The notes beneath the pieces are model-generated. The model worked only from the letters and a program-made list of their open reading frames with translations, did no database searches and was not told where the DNA came from. Position numbers and translations under genes: made by a program. This document shows, piece after piece, positions 19,201-28,331 of a DNA stretch of 64,000 bases. Source of the DNA: an uncultured beta proteobacterium (GTDB lineage: Bacteria > Pseudomonadota > Gammaproteobacteria > Burkholderiales > Casimicrobiaceae); the NCBI GenBank assembly GCA_963846855.1, contig CAWJXK010000004.1, forward strand, positions 380,307 through 444,306, given 5' to 3'. Numbering within the stretch: position 1 is the first letter of the stretch; every line of letters begins with the position of its first letter.

Positions 19201-19444
19201 GATTCCCCTCCTCCTGCGGTGCGGCCCGGGTGCGCTGGAATGTCGGTGCGCATTCCTTTATGGCGCGTCGGTCGCGGACACCGCGACGCAGGCGCCAACG
19301 GACCATCCGCCGTCTGCTGCGACGTGTCCTATCGTACCACCGGGGAGTGAGAAACCGCGGTGCGCGCGCCTCTCGCCGCACGATGCGGATGCACGCGTCG
19401 GGCGGCCGAGCGCGGCTGCGACGGGGATTTTCGGGATGGGATGC

Positions 19445-19665
19445 CTCAAGTGCCAAATGAGGCGGGGCGAAGCTAATCGCCGGCCCCCTTAGCAAGTCTC
19501 GCGCTCAGTTACCAAATGAGCAGACCGCCCGAAAAACCCCGTCCCTTCGCGCATTTGCCAACTGAGGCCAAATGCGGCGCCTGCTTTGCCGCGCTCCTAG
19601 GATTCGTAGTGTGGGCTACGACCTTCGTCGCGCGTCAGTTGCCAAATGAGGCAGTCATCCGCATT
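19445..19665. repeat. array of 17-bp near-palindromic motifs (consensus CTCAGTTGCCAAATGAG) in the fadD upstream region
   Basis: Copies at 19445-19461, 19504-19520 and 19634-19650 are in the forward orientation. 19551-19567 is in the reverse orientation, and there is a half-site at 19661. An identical reverse copy lies at 8781-8797. Confidence 0.7.
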
Positions 19666-19686
19666 TGGCTCTGCAGCAAGACTTGT

Positions 19687-21636
19687 TTAGAGGCTCCCTG
19701 CGACGACCGCTCGCGCCTCGACCTGCGCGCTGTCCGCGTAGTGCAGCGGGCCACCGCGGAACGGCGCGAATCCCGTGCCGAATATCGCGCCCGCATCGAC
19801 GAGATCGGCGTCGGCGACGATGTGCTCGGCCAGCGCCGCCTTCGCTTCGGCGACGTAGGGGCCGACCAGCCGTTCGGCGAGGCCGGCCGGCACCGCCGCC
19901 GCGGGCTGCTTCTGCGCCCTGCCGCCGTCCCATGTGTAGAATCCGCGCCCGGTCTTCTTGCCGAGATTTCCGGCGGCAACGAGCTCCATCAGCCGTGCCG
20001 GAGGCGCGACGTCGGTGCCCAGCAGCTTTCCGACGGCGACGCAGATGTCGAGGCCGACCGTATCGGCGAGCTCGATCGGGCCCATCGGCATCCCGAACGC
20101 GAGCGCGGCCTCGTCGACGACCTCCGGCGCGATGCCCTCGTCGACGCAGCGCATCGCAGCCATCAGATACGGCGCCAGCACGCGATTGACGAGGAACCCG
20201 GGCGCGCTCCTTACCGGCAGCGGCAGCTTGTCGATCTGCCGCGCGAACGCGGCGGCTTCCGGCACGAGATCAGCGCGCGTGTTCCTCCCGACGACGATCT
20301 CGACCAGCATCATCTGCGGCACCGGGTTGAAGAAGTGAAGCCCGACGAGCCGCGAGGGATCGGCCATCGCCGTCGCGATCTCCTCGAGCGGAATGCTCGA
20401 CGTGTTGGTCGCGAGGATCGCCGACGGCTTTGCCTTCGCCTCCAGCGCGGCGAACAGGCTGCGCTTGGCGTCGAGGTTCTCGAAGATCGCCTCGACGATG
20501 ACGTCGGCACGCGCGATTCCGGCGCCCGCGACGTCGGGCACGAGCCGATCGGTCGCGTCGCGAACGCGGCGCGGATCCTTCAGCCGCTGCGCGAACAGCT
20601 TCCCGGCCCGGCCCATCGCGGGGGCGAGTCGCTCGGCGTTCTGGTCCTGCAGCGTCACCGTGAGCCCGCGCAGCGCGCACCACGCGGCGATGTCGCCGCC
20701 CATCGTTCCCGCCCCGACGACGTGCACGTGCTTCGCGGCGAAATCGCCTTCCTTTCCGAGTGCCTTGAGTCGCTCCTGCAGGCGAAAGACGCGGATGAGA
20801 TTGGCGGCGGTCGGGGTCTTCAGCAGCGACGGGACCGACGACGGGTCCGATGCCAGCGCGTCCAGCGCGTTGCCGTCGTGCTTCACCCAGAGGTCGAGGA
20901 TCGCGTACGGCGCCGGGTAGTGCTCGCGGCGCGCCCGCCGCGCGACCTGCTTCCTCGCCTGAGCCGCGATGAATCGGCGCGCGAGCGGCGTCAGCGTCAG
21001 CGCCAGCGGGAAGGGCAGCGTGCGCGGCGGCGGCAGCGCGGTGAGCATGCCACGCGCGGTGTTCTCCATGATGCGCGGCGGCACGCATTCGTCGGCGATG
21101 CCGAGCGCTTTTGCGCGGCGCGCGTCGATCGTCTTGCCGGTCAGCATGAGGTCGAGCGCCGCCGGCGCGCCGGCGAGCCTGGGCAGCCGCTTCATCCCGC
21201 CCCAGGCAGGGACGATGCCCAGCATCACCTCGGGCAGACCGAGCCGCGTTCCCGGCTCGTCGACGACGACGCGATACCGGCACGCGAGCGCGAGCTCCAG
21301 GCCGCCGCCGAGACAGAATCCGCGCACCAGCGCGAGCGTCGGGTACGCAACCGCCGCGAGCCGCTCGAACGTGTCCCAGCCGCGCCGCACGAGCGCGATC
21401 GCGTCGGCTTCGCTCTTCACCGTGCCGAACTCCTCGATGTCGGCGCCGGCGATGAAGCCGTTCGCCTTGCCGGACACGATGACGAGCCCCTTGGGCGGAG
21501 CGCGGTCGAGCTCGTCCAGCGCCTCGTTGAACTCCGCCATCACGGCGGCCGACAGCGTGTTGGTCGTCGCGCCCTGCTTGTCGAAGACGAGGCGCGCGAG
21601 GCCGTCGGCCTCGCGTTTCAGGGTCCAGTGCTGCAT
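19687..21636 (-). CDS. bifunctional enoyl-CoA hydratase (N-terminal) / 3-hydroxyacyl-CoA dehydrogenase (C-terminal), FadB/FadJ-type
   Basis: 649 aa. MQHWTLKREADGLARLVFD...FIAGADIEEF is crotonase-like, and VHVVGAGTMGGDIA is a Rossmann fold. I placed the start at ATG 21636. Confidence 0.88.
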   Translation of the reverse strand: MQHWTLKREADGLARLVFDKQGATTNTLSAAVMAEFNEALDELDRAPPKGLVIVSGKANGFIAGADIEEFGTVKSEADAIALVRRGWDTFERLAAVAYPTLALVRGFCLGGGLELALACRYRVVVDEPGTRLGLPEVMLGIVPAWGGMKRLPRLAGAPAALDLMLTGKTIDARRAKALGIADECVPPRIMENTARGMLTALPPPRTLPFPLALTLTPLARRFIAAQARKQVARRARREHYPAPYAILDLWVKHDGNALDALASDPSSVPSLLKTPTAANLIRVFRLQERLKALGKEGDFAAKHVHVVGAGTMGGDIAAWCALRGLTVTLQDQNAERLAPAMGRAGKLFAQRLKDPRRVRDATDRLVPDVAGAGIARADVIVEAIFENLDAKRSLFAALEAKAKPSAILATNTSSIPLEEIATAMADPSRLVGLHFFNPVPQMMLVEIVVGRNTRADLVPEAAAFARQIDKLPLPVRSAPGFLVNRVLAPYLMAAMRCVDEGIAPEVVDEAALAFGMPMGPIELADTVGLDICVAVGKLLGTDVAPPARLMELVAAGNLGKKTGRGFYTWDGGRAQKQPAAAVPAGLAERLVGPYVAEAKAALAEHIVADADLVDAGAIFGTGFAPFRGGPLHYADSAQVEARAVVAGSL

Positions 21637-21680
21637 CGTGATTCCGTTGTCGTTGTGACGGCGTGTTCCTGCTGCGGAAC

Positions 21681-22964
21681 CTACATCCGCTCGACCAGCA
21701 TCGCGCCGCCGAGTCCGCCGCCGATGCAGATCGCGGCGATGCCGCGCCGGCCGTTGGTGCGCGCCAGCACGTTGAGCACGTGCAGCACGATGCGCGCGCC
21801 CGAGGCGCCCACCGGATGCCCGAGCGCAATCGCGCCGCCGTCGACGTTGAGCTTCGTTTCGTCGAGCTTGCCGAGCGCGTCGGGAAGCCCCAGCTCGTGC
21901 TTGCAGTAGTCGGCGCTTTCCCATGCGCGCTCGCAGCCGATCACCTGCGCCGCGAAGGCCTCGTTGATCTCCCACGCATCGAGGTCGTTCAACGCGAGTC
22001 CGTGCCGCTTGAGGATCGGCGTCGCCGCATGCACCGGGCCGAGACCCATCTGCGCCGGATCGAGGCCCGCCCATTCGGAATCGACGATGCGGCCCTTCGG
22101 AACGAGTCCGTGCTTTTCCACCGCCCGCTCGGACGCGATCACGAGCCACGCGGCGCCGTCGGTCACCTGCGAGCTGTTGCCCGCCGTGACGTTGCCGTAC
22201 TTGCGGTCGAAGAAAGGTTTGAGCTTCGCGAGGTTCTCCGGCGTCGAATCCTCGCGGACGCCGTCATCCGCGGGGTAGAGCTTGCCGGCCTTGTCGAATA
22301 GCGGCACGACCTCGCCGTCGAAGTGGCCCGCCTTCTGCGCCGCCAGCACGCGCTGGTGGCTGCGCGCCGAGAATTCGTCCATCTCGCGCCGCGTGATGCC
22401 GAACCGGTAGGCGAGGTTTTCGGCCGTCTGTCCCATCAGCAATCCGACGATCGGATCGGTGAGGCCCTTCATGAGGCCGATCACGGGCGCCAGGTACGAC
22501 AGCCTGAGCTTTCCGACCAGCGCCGCCTTCTGTCCCAGCGTCTTCGCGGCGTACCAGCTCGACAACCACAGCACCATCGCGTCGGAGAACAGCAGCGGCG
22601 CCCGCGATAGCGCATCGGTCCCGCCGGCGAGCACGAGATTCGAGCGGCCGCTGCGGATGTTCGCGATCGCCGAATCGAGCGACTGCATGCCTGACGCGCA
22701 GTTGCGCATCACGGTCCAGCCGGGAACCTTGTTGCCGCATCCCATGCGCAGAGCGACCACCCGGCCGATGTTCACTTCGTCCGGCGAGGGTGCCGCGCAG
22801 CCCAGGATCACTTCGTCGAGGGCCGACGGCTCGAATTTCTGCCGCAACAGGAGTGCGCTGCCCGCGGCCGTCGCGAGGTCCGACGCCGAGAACGGTCCCG
22901 GCCGGTTACGCGCCTTGAGGAACGGCGTGCGCGCGCCATCGACGATGTAGATCGGTTCGTTCAC
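21681..22964 (-). CDS. acetyl-CoA C-acyltransferase (thiolase, FadA/FadI-like)
   Basis: 427 aa with VMRNCASGMQS and ...IAAICIGGGLGGAMLVERM. GTG start at 22964, preceded by GGAGG. Confidence 0.88.
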   Translation of the reverse strand: MNEPIYIVDGARTPFLKARNRPGPFSASDLATAAGSALLLRQKFEPSALDEVILGCAAPSPDEVNIGRVVALRMGCGNKVPGWTVMRNCASGMQSLDSAIANIRSGRSNLVLAGGTDALSRAPLLFSDAMVLWLSSWYAAKTLGQKAALVGKLRLSYLAPVIGLMKGLTDPIVGLLMGQTAENLAYRFGITRREMDEFSARSHQRVLAAQKAGHFDGEVVPLFDKAGKLYPADDGVREDSTPENLAKLKPFFDRKYGNVTAGNSSQVTDGAAWLVIASERAVEKHGLVPKGRIVDSEWAGLDPAQMGLGPVHAATPILKRHGLALNDLDAWEINEAFAAQVIGCERAWESADYCKHELGLPDALGKLDETKLNVDGGAIALGHPVGASGARIVLHVLNVLARTNGRRGIAAICIGGGLGGAMLVERM

Positions 22965-23062
22965 TGAGTAACCTCCAGCAGGCTTGCCGCTGCGCGGCTC
23001 CGCCCTGCTCGCACAGGCGTTCCGGGCGGCCCGGCGGCGCTCATCGCATCGACCTTCCGCCG

Positions 23063-25597
23063 CTACGCGGCCGCCTTGTGCGTCGTCGCCGCCTGCGCGA
23101 CGGCATTGATCGGCGGCGCCGCGCCGAGCGGATCGGAGAGCCGCATTTCCGACGCGCCCAGATCCTGCGCGAAATCGTCGACGCGGATCACCCGCGCTGT
23201 GAGTTCGCGCGCTTCCAGCGCCGCGGCGCACTCGTCGGCGGTGATGACCCCGGCGCTCTGCGCACGCGCCGCGAGCAGCTCGGCGCCGCCGCCCGCCGGC
23301 AGCTTGCCGTCGAGCCGGCCTTCCTTCACCGCGGCGCGGATCTTCGCGTCGACCGGCTCGGCCGCGAGTGTGGCCGCGAGCGCGCGCTCGATCAGCGACA
23401 CGGGGTCGTCGCCCGCAGCGGGAAGGTACATGCCCGCGGTCAGGCGATCGCGCGTCGCCGACGGTTCCAGCAGCAGCTTCGCGACGTCGTGGCCGAGCTT
23501 GTCCGAGGGAATCACGTACGGGCGGCCGAGCGGGAATACGACGCGGCGCATTATCACCGCGATGAGCCGATTGGGAAAATTGGAGATGACGCCCTCGAAC
23601 GCGGCCTGAGCCTTGAACATGGCATCCCACATCGCCCAGTGCATCAGCGGCGCGTCGGCCTCCTGCCGGCCTTCCCCCTCGTAGCGCTTCAACGTCGCGG
23701 AGCAGAGGTACATGAGCGAGAGCACGTCGCCCAGGCGCGCGGACAGCTTCTCCTTGCGCTTCAGTGCGCCGCCTAGCGAGCCCATCGACACGTCGGCGAG
23801 GAATGCGAGCGCCGCCGAGAACCGCGTGAGCTGCTGGTAATAGCGGCGCGTCTCGGGCGCGACATCCGCGGGAACGCCGACGAAGTGCGACCCGGTGAGG
23901 CCGGTCACGAGTGTGCGCGCCATGTTCGCGAGCGCGAAGCGGAGGTGGCCGAAGAGCGCGGCGTCGAACGCCGCGGAGGCCTTCGTCTTGTCGGTCTCGC
24001 GCGTCGCCTCGATCTCTTTCAGCACATAGGGATGGCAGCGGATCGCGCCCTGGCCGAACACGATCAGGCTCCGCGTCAGGATGTTGGCGCCCTCGACGGT
24101 GATCGCGACCGGTACCTGCATGTAGGCGGCGCCGATGAAATTCGACGGGCCCATGCAGATGCCCTTGCCGCCGACCACGTCCATCGCGTCGTTGACGACC
24201 TGGCGGCCGCGCTCGGTGAGGTGCAGCTTCGCGATGCCGGAAATGACCGCGGGCTTCTCGCCGGCGTCGATCGCCGACGCGGTCAGCGTGCGCGCGGCAT
24301 CCATCATGTACAGGTTGCCGCCCATTCGCGTGAGCGCTTCCTCGATGCCCTCAAACCGGCCGATCGGCGTCTTGAACTGCGTGCGGACGCGCGCATACCC
24401 GCCGGTCGCGCGCACGGCGAGCTTCGCCATTCCCGTCGCCGACGAAGGCAGCGAGATGCCGCGGCCCGCGGCGAGACACTCCATCAGCATCCGCCAGCCG
24501 CGGCCCAGCATCGGCTGTCCTCCGATCACCCAGTCCATCGGGATGAAGACGTCCTTGCCCCACGTCGGTCCGTTCTGGAATACCGCGTTCAACGGCATGT
24601 GCCGGCGCCCGATCTCGACACCCGGGTGCGAGGTCGGAACCAGCGCGCACGTGATGCCGATGTCCTCCTTGTCGCCGACCAGATGCTCGGGGTCGTGCGC
24701 GCGGAACGCGAGGCCCAGCAGCGTCGCGACCGGACCCAGCGTGATGTAGCGCTTCTCCCACGTCACGCGCATGCCGAGCACGCGCTTGCCCTCGTGCTCG
24801 CCCCAGCAGACGATTCCGAAATCGGGAATCGACGCGGCGTCCGATCCCGCATTGGGATTGGTCAGCGCGAAGCACGGGATCTCGACGCCCTTTGCGAGGC
24901 GCGGCAGGTAGTGGCGCTTCTGCGCGTCGGTGCCGTAATGCGCGATGAGCTCGCCCGGCCCGAGCGAGTTCGGCACCATCACCGTGACCGAGATCGTGCC
25001 GGAATGCGTCGACAGCTTGGTCATCACCTGTGAATGCGCGTAGGCGGAAAAGCCCAGCCCGCCATACTCCTTCGCGATGCTCATCCCCCAGAAGCCCCTG
25101 TCCTTGATGAACTGCCAGACCTCGGGCGGAAGATCCCGATGGACGTTGGTCGTCGCCCAGTCGCTGACCATCGCGCAGAGCTCCTGCGCGTCGTGGTCGA
25201 GGAAGCGCTGCTCGTCGGGCGTGAGCGCGGGATGCGGCACCTCGAGGAGCTTTTGCCAGTTCGGCTTGCCGGAGAAAAGTTCGCCGTCCCACCAGACGGT
25301 GCCGGCCTCGATCGCCTCGCGCTCGGTCTGCGACATCGGCGGCAGCACCTTGCGGAACGCGGCGAGGATGGCGTCGCTGATGAGCGCGCGGCGCAGCGCC
25401 GGGATGTTGAGCGGGATGGCGAGCAGCACGAAGATCGCCGCGAACGCGAGAGTCAGCCACGGCGGCAGCGCGTGCGCCACCCATGCGACGGCGAGCGCGG
25501 CCGCGATCGCAACGCTCCAGACAAGCCCGCCCACGTTGACGTAGGAGAGCGCGAGCGCGCCGAGCAGAACGGCGAGGATCCAGACGAGAGTGAGCAT
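23063..25597 (-). CDS. fadE: acyl-CoA dehydrogenase, E. coli FadE type
   Basis: 844 aa with N-terminal TM helices. VMVPNSLGPGELIAHYGTDAQKRHYLPRLAKGVEIPCFALTNPNAGSDA closely resembles the E. coli FadE core. Confidence 0.9.
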   Translation of the reverse strand: MLTLVWILAVLLGALALSYVNVGGLVWSVAIAAALAVAWVAHALPPWLTLAFAAIFVLLAIPLNIPALRRALISDAILAAFRKVLPPMSQTEREAIEAGTVWWDGELFSGKPNWQKLLEVPHPALTPDEQRFLDHDAQELCAMVSDWATTNVHRDLPPEVWQFIKDRGFWGMSIAKEYGGLGFSAYAHSQVMTKLSTHSGTISVTVMVPNSLGPGELIAHYGTDAQKRHYLPRLAKGVEIPCFALTNPNAGSDAASIPDFGIVCWGEHEGKRVLGMRVTWEKRYITLGPVATLLGLAFRAHDPEHLVGDKEDIGITCALVPTSHPGVEIGRRHMPLNAVFQNGPTWGKDVFIPMDWVIGGQPMLGRGWRMLMECLAAGRGISLPSSATGMAKLAVRATGGYARVRTQFKTPIGRFEGIEEALTRMGGNLYMMDAARTLTASAIDAGEKPAVISGIAKLHLTERGRQVVNDAMDVVGGKGICMGPSNFIGAAYMQVPVAITVEGANILTRSLIVFGQGAIRCHPYVLKEIEATRETDKTKASAAFDAALFGHLRFALANMARTLVTGLTGSHFVGVPADVAPETRRYYQQLTRFSAALAFLADVSMGSLGGALKRKEKLSARLGDVLSLMYLCSATLKRYEGEGRQEADAPLMHWAMWDAMFKAQAAFEGVISNFPNRLIAVIMRRVVFPLGRPYVIPSDKLGHDVAKLLLEPSATRDRLTAGMYLPAAGDDPVSLIERALAATLAAEPVDAKIRAAVKEGRLDGKLPAGGGAELLAARAQSAGVITADECAAALEARELTARVIRVDDFAQDLGASEMRLSDPLGAAPPINAVAQAATTHKAAA

Positions 25598-25640
25598 CGA
25601 GAGCTCCTAGGAAGGATGTCGGGTGTGGCGAATCGCGCGC

Positions 25641-26378
25641 TCAGCGCGATTGCGAAAGCTCGCCGTCGAGGACGTTGCCCGCGGGCGACGACTCGGGCAC
25701 GGGCGATTGCAGCCCCGCGAGAAGGAACGGCGCGAGCCGGCGCAGCAGCATTTCGTCGTTGCCGGTTTCCGCCGGCGTCAATTCCGCGATCAGCTTCAGC
25801 GCGTCGGTGCCCGCCAGCGTGTACGACAGCGCGCCCATGATGAAATGCAGCCGCCAGGAGAGCTCCTTCTTCGGCATCTCCGGCAGCGCGCGCCCGAACG
25901 CCGCCTTGAACCGCTTGATCATGATCGCGTACTGTTCGGAGAGGAACGTGCGGATGAAAGGGGCGGGATCAGCGTAGGCGCGTCCGAGCAGCCGCAGGAA
26001 ATTCTTGCCGCCGCGCTCCGGGTCGCGCGCGAGCCGCAGTGCGGGAATGAACATCGCGGACAGGATGCGCTCGCAGGCGACGGCGCGCGGCGCCGCCTCG
26101 CTCTCGAGCGCCGTCAGGAGGTCGAGCCGCTCCTGGTTCATCGGATCGAGCCGTCGCGTCAGCACTGTCTCGAACAGCTCTTCCTTGCTGCCGAAGTGAT
26201 AGTTCACCGCCGCGAGATTGACCCCGGCGGCGGCCGTGATCGAGCGCAGGCTGGTCGCCTCGAAGCCATGCTCCATGAACAGCGCTTCCGCCGTGTCGAG
26301 GAGCCGGTCCTTCGTCGCGGCCGGTGCGCGCGCGTCGCGCATCGGAATGACCTTGCCGACCATCCGTTCCCCTTCCAT
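25641..26378 (-). CDS. TetR-family transcriptional repressor, PsrA-like (fatty-acid responsive)
   Basis: TetR HTH (FEATSLRSITAAAGVNLAAVNYHFGSKEELF). First gene of the fadE-thiolase-fadB/J operon. A PsrA-type operator lies upstream. Confidence 0.8.
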   Translation of the reverse strand: MEGERMVGKVIPMRDARAPAATKDRLLDTAEALFMEHGFEATSLRSITAAAGVNLAAVNYHFGSKEELFETVLTRRLDPMNQERLDLLTALESEAAPRAVACERILSAMFIPALRLARDPERGGKNFLRLLGRAYADPAPFIRTFLSEQYAIMIKRFKAAFGRALPEMPKKELSWRLHFIMGALSYTLAGTDALKLIAELTPAETGNDEMLLRRLAPFLLAGLQSPVPESSPAGNVLDGELSQSR

Positions 26379-26481
26379 GAGGCACCTCGTTTCCGCGGTA
26401 CGTCCGGAAGGTTGCGCAGGGGTTCCCGTTCCCGCGGCGCCTCTGCAGGCACTGTCGCTCCGGAGTCGCAGGCGAATTCAC

Positions 26482-26527
26482 TTAAACGTTCGTTTGAATC
26501 CTATGTTCGTTCGAGATGGCCTGTCAA
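26482..26527 (-). promoter_or_regulatory. candidate TetR-operon promoter with overlapping operator
   Basis: Read on the minus strand: TTGACA (26522-26527), an 18-nt spacer, TAGGAT (26498-26503), then immediately the palindrome TTCAAACGAACGTTTAA (26482-26498). This has the form AAAC-N4-GTTT, matching the published PsrA consensus (G/C)AAAC-N2-4-GTTT(G/C). A GTTCGTT direct repeat lies at 26489 and 26505. Confidence 0.5.
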
Positions 26528-26623
26528 TATTGCGCTGCAGCATTGCCTTGACTCCGAATCGGAGGCATGGTGCCAAGCCGCGAAGCGCGATCGGCTGCCC
26601 ATCGCAATCCGCGAATTAGGCGA

Positions 26624-28324
26624 ATGAGGGAAATCCGCGCCGTGCGTGACGAAAAGGCGATCAGCGGCACGCTACCGCTCGAATGCTTCTACCGCCGGGA
26701 GCGCGACCGCGCCAGCGAGATCTTCCTGACGCAGCCCGAGCCGGGCGGCTCCGTCCGGGATCTCACGTGGTCCGAGGCCGGGGATCAGGTTCGCCGCATC
26801 GCCGCCTGGCTGCGTGCGCAGGGCTGGCCCGATGACAGCAAGGTCGCCATTCTCGGCAAGAACAGCGCGCACTGGTTGCTCGCGGACCTCGCCATCACGA
26901 TGTCGGGGTACGTCTCGGTGCCGGTCTATCCGACGTTCAATGCCGAAGCGGTGCGCTACGTTCTGGAGCACAGCGAAGCCCGCGCGTGTTTCGTCGGCAA
27001 GCTCGACACGATTGCGACCGACGCAATCCCACCGGGCATTCTGCCGATCGCATTGCCGCTCGCGCCCACGATGAAGGCATTGCAATGGGAAACGCTGATC
27101 GCCGAGAACGAGCCACTTCCGGGCGCGCCGGTGCCGGACCGCGACGCCCTGTGGACCGTCATCTACACGTCCGGCACCTCGGGCACGCCGAAGGGCGTGA
27201 TGCTGACGCACGGCGCGCTGGCGTGGGCGGTGAGTAGCATCGTGGAGCGGCTCAAGGCGAGAAGCGACGACCGCGTGCTGTCGTATCTCCCACTCGCCCA
27301 CATCATGGAGCGCGTATTCTGCGAACAGACGTCGATCGTCGCCGGCAACCGGATCTACTTCGCGGAGTCGCTCGACACCTTCGTGCGCGACCTCCAGCGC
27401 GCGCGTCCGACGCTGTTCATGTCGGTCCCGCGGCTTTGGATGAAGTTCCAGCAGGGCGTCCACGCGCGCCTACCGCCGCAAAAGCTCGACCGGCTGCTCC
27501 GCATTCCAGTCGTCGGCTGGCTCGTCCGGCGCCGGATTCTCAAGGGTCTTGGACTCGATCAATGCCACCTCGCGGGCAGCGGCGCCGCTCCGCTGCCGCC
27601 CGAGGTGCTGCGCTGGTATCGCAGCCTAGGCCTAGAACTGGTCGAGGGCTATGCGATGACCGAAAACTGTGGCGTCTCGCACAGCGTGCTGGCAGGCACG
27701 AGCCACCCGGGCACGGTCGGCGTTCCCTATGCGGGCCTCGACGTCCGGATCGACGCTGCTTCCGGCGAAATCCAGATGCGGTCGCCGGCGTTAATGACGG
27801 GCTACTACCGGGACCCCGCGCAAACGGCAGCGGCCTTCGCGGCCGATGGATGGCTGCGCACCGGCGACAAGGGGCGGATCGACGAGGATGGGTGCCTTCG
27901 CATCACCGGACGCGTCAAGGACATCTTCAAGACCAGCAAGGGAAAGTATGTCGCGCCCGCCCCGATTGAAAATCTGCTCGCGCGCCATCCGGACGTCGAG
28001 GCGTGCATCGTCTCCGGCGCAAACCGTGCGCAACCTCTCGCGCTCGCGATGCTGTCCGCCGACGCGATCGCGCGCGCGGCCTCGCCGGAAGGCCGGGCGG
28101 CGCTGACGGAGTCGTTCACGGCCCATCTTCGTTACCTCAACGACGCGGTGGAGGCGCACGAAAGGCTTGCGTGCATCGTGCTCGTCAGCACGCCGTGGAC
28201 CCCCGAGAACGGATTCGTCACGCCGACGCTCAAGATCAAGCGGGCACGCATCGAGGACGCGTACGGGGGCCGCTACACGGAATGGATCGATCGGCGCGAC
28301 CCGGTCGTGTGGGCCGGCGACTAG
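26624..28324 (+). CDS. AMP-dependent acyl-CoA synthetase (long-chain type)
   Basis: YTSGTSGTPKGVML and GYAMTENCG motifs. I placed the start at ATG 26624; the ORF opens at 26567. Confidence 0.85.
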   Translation: MREIRAVRDEKAISGTLPLECFYRRERDRASEIFLTQPEPGGSVRDLTWSEAGDQVRRIAAWLRAQGWPDDSKVAILGKNSAHWLLADLAITMSGYVSVPVYPTFNAEAVRYVLEHSEARACFVGKLDTIATDAIPPGILPIALPLAPTMKALQWETLIAENEPLPGAPVPDRDALWTVIYTSGTSGTPKGVMLTHGALAWAVSSIVERLKARSDDRVLSYLPLAHIMERVFCEQTSIVAGNRIYFAESLDTFVRDLQRARPTLFMSVPRLWMKFQQGVHARLPPQKLDRLLRIPVVGWLVRRRILKGLGLDQCHLAGSGAAPLPPEVLRWYRSLGLELVEGYAMTENCGVSHSVLAGTSHPGTVGVPYAGLDVRIDAASGEIQMRSPALMTGYYRDPAQTAAAFAADGWLRTGDKGRIDEDGCLRITGRVKDIFKTSKGKYVAPAPIENLLARHPDVEACIVSGANRAQPLALAMLSADAIARAASPEGRAALTESFTAHLRYLNDAVEAHERLACIVLVSTPWTPENGFVTPTLKIKRARIEDAYGGRYTEWIDRRDPVVWAGD

Positions 28325-28331
28325 GGGCTGT

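Noticed and set aside
17099-19495. A 798-aa minus-strand ORF spanning the thioesterase and fadD regions. Similar long ORFs occur at 13286..15508, 17641..19350, 19516..21909, 43955..46111 and 59208..61040.
   Set aside because: All are out of frame or antisense to genes with clear family motifs. Their translations are low-complexity R/A/G/P strings with no motifs.
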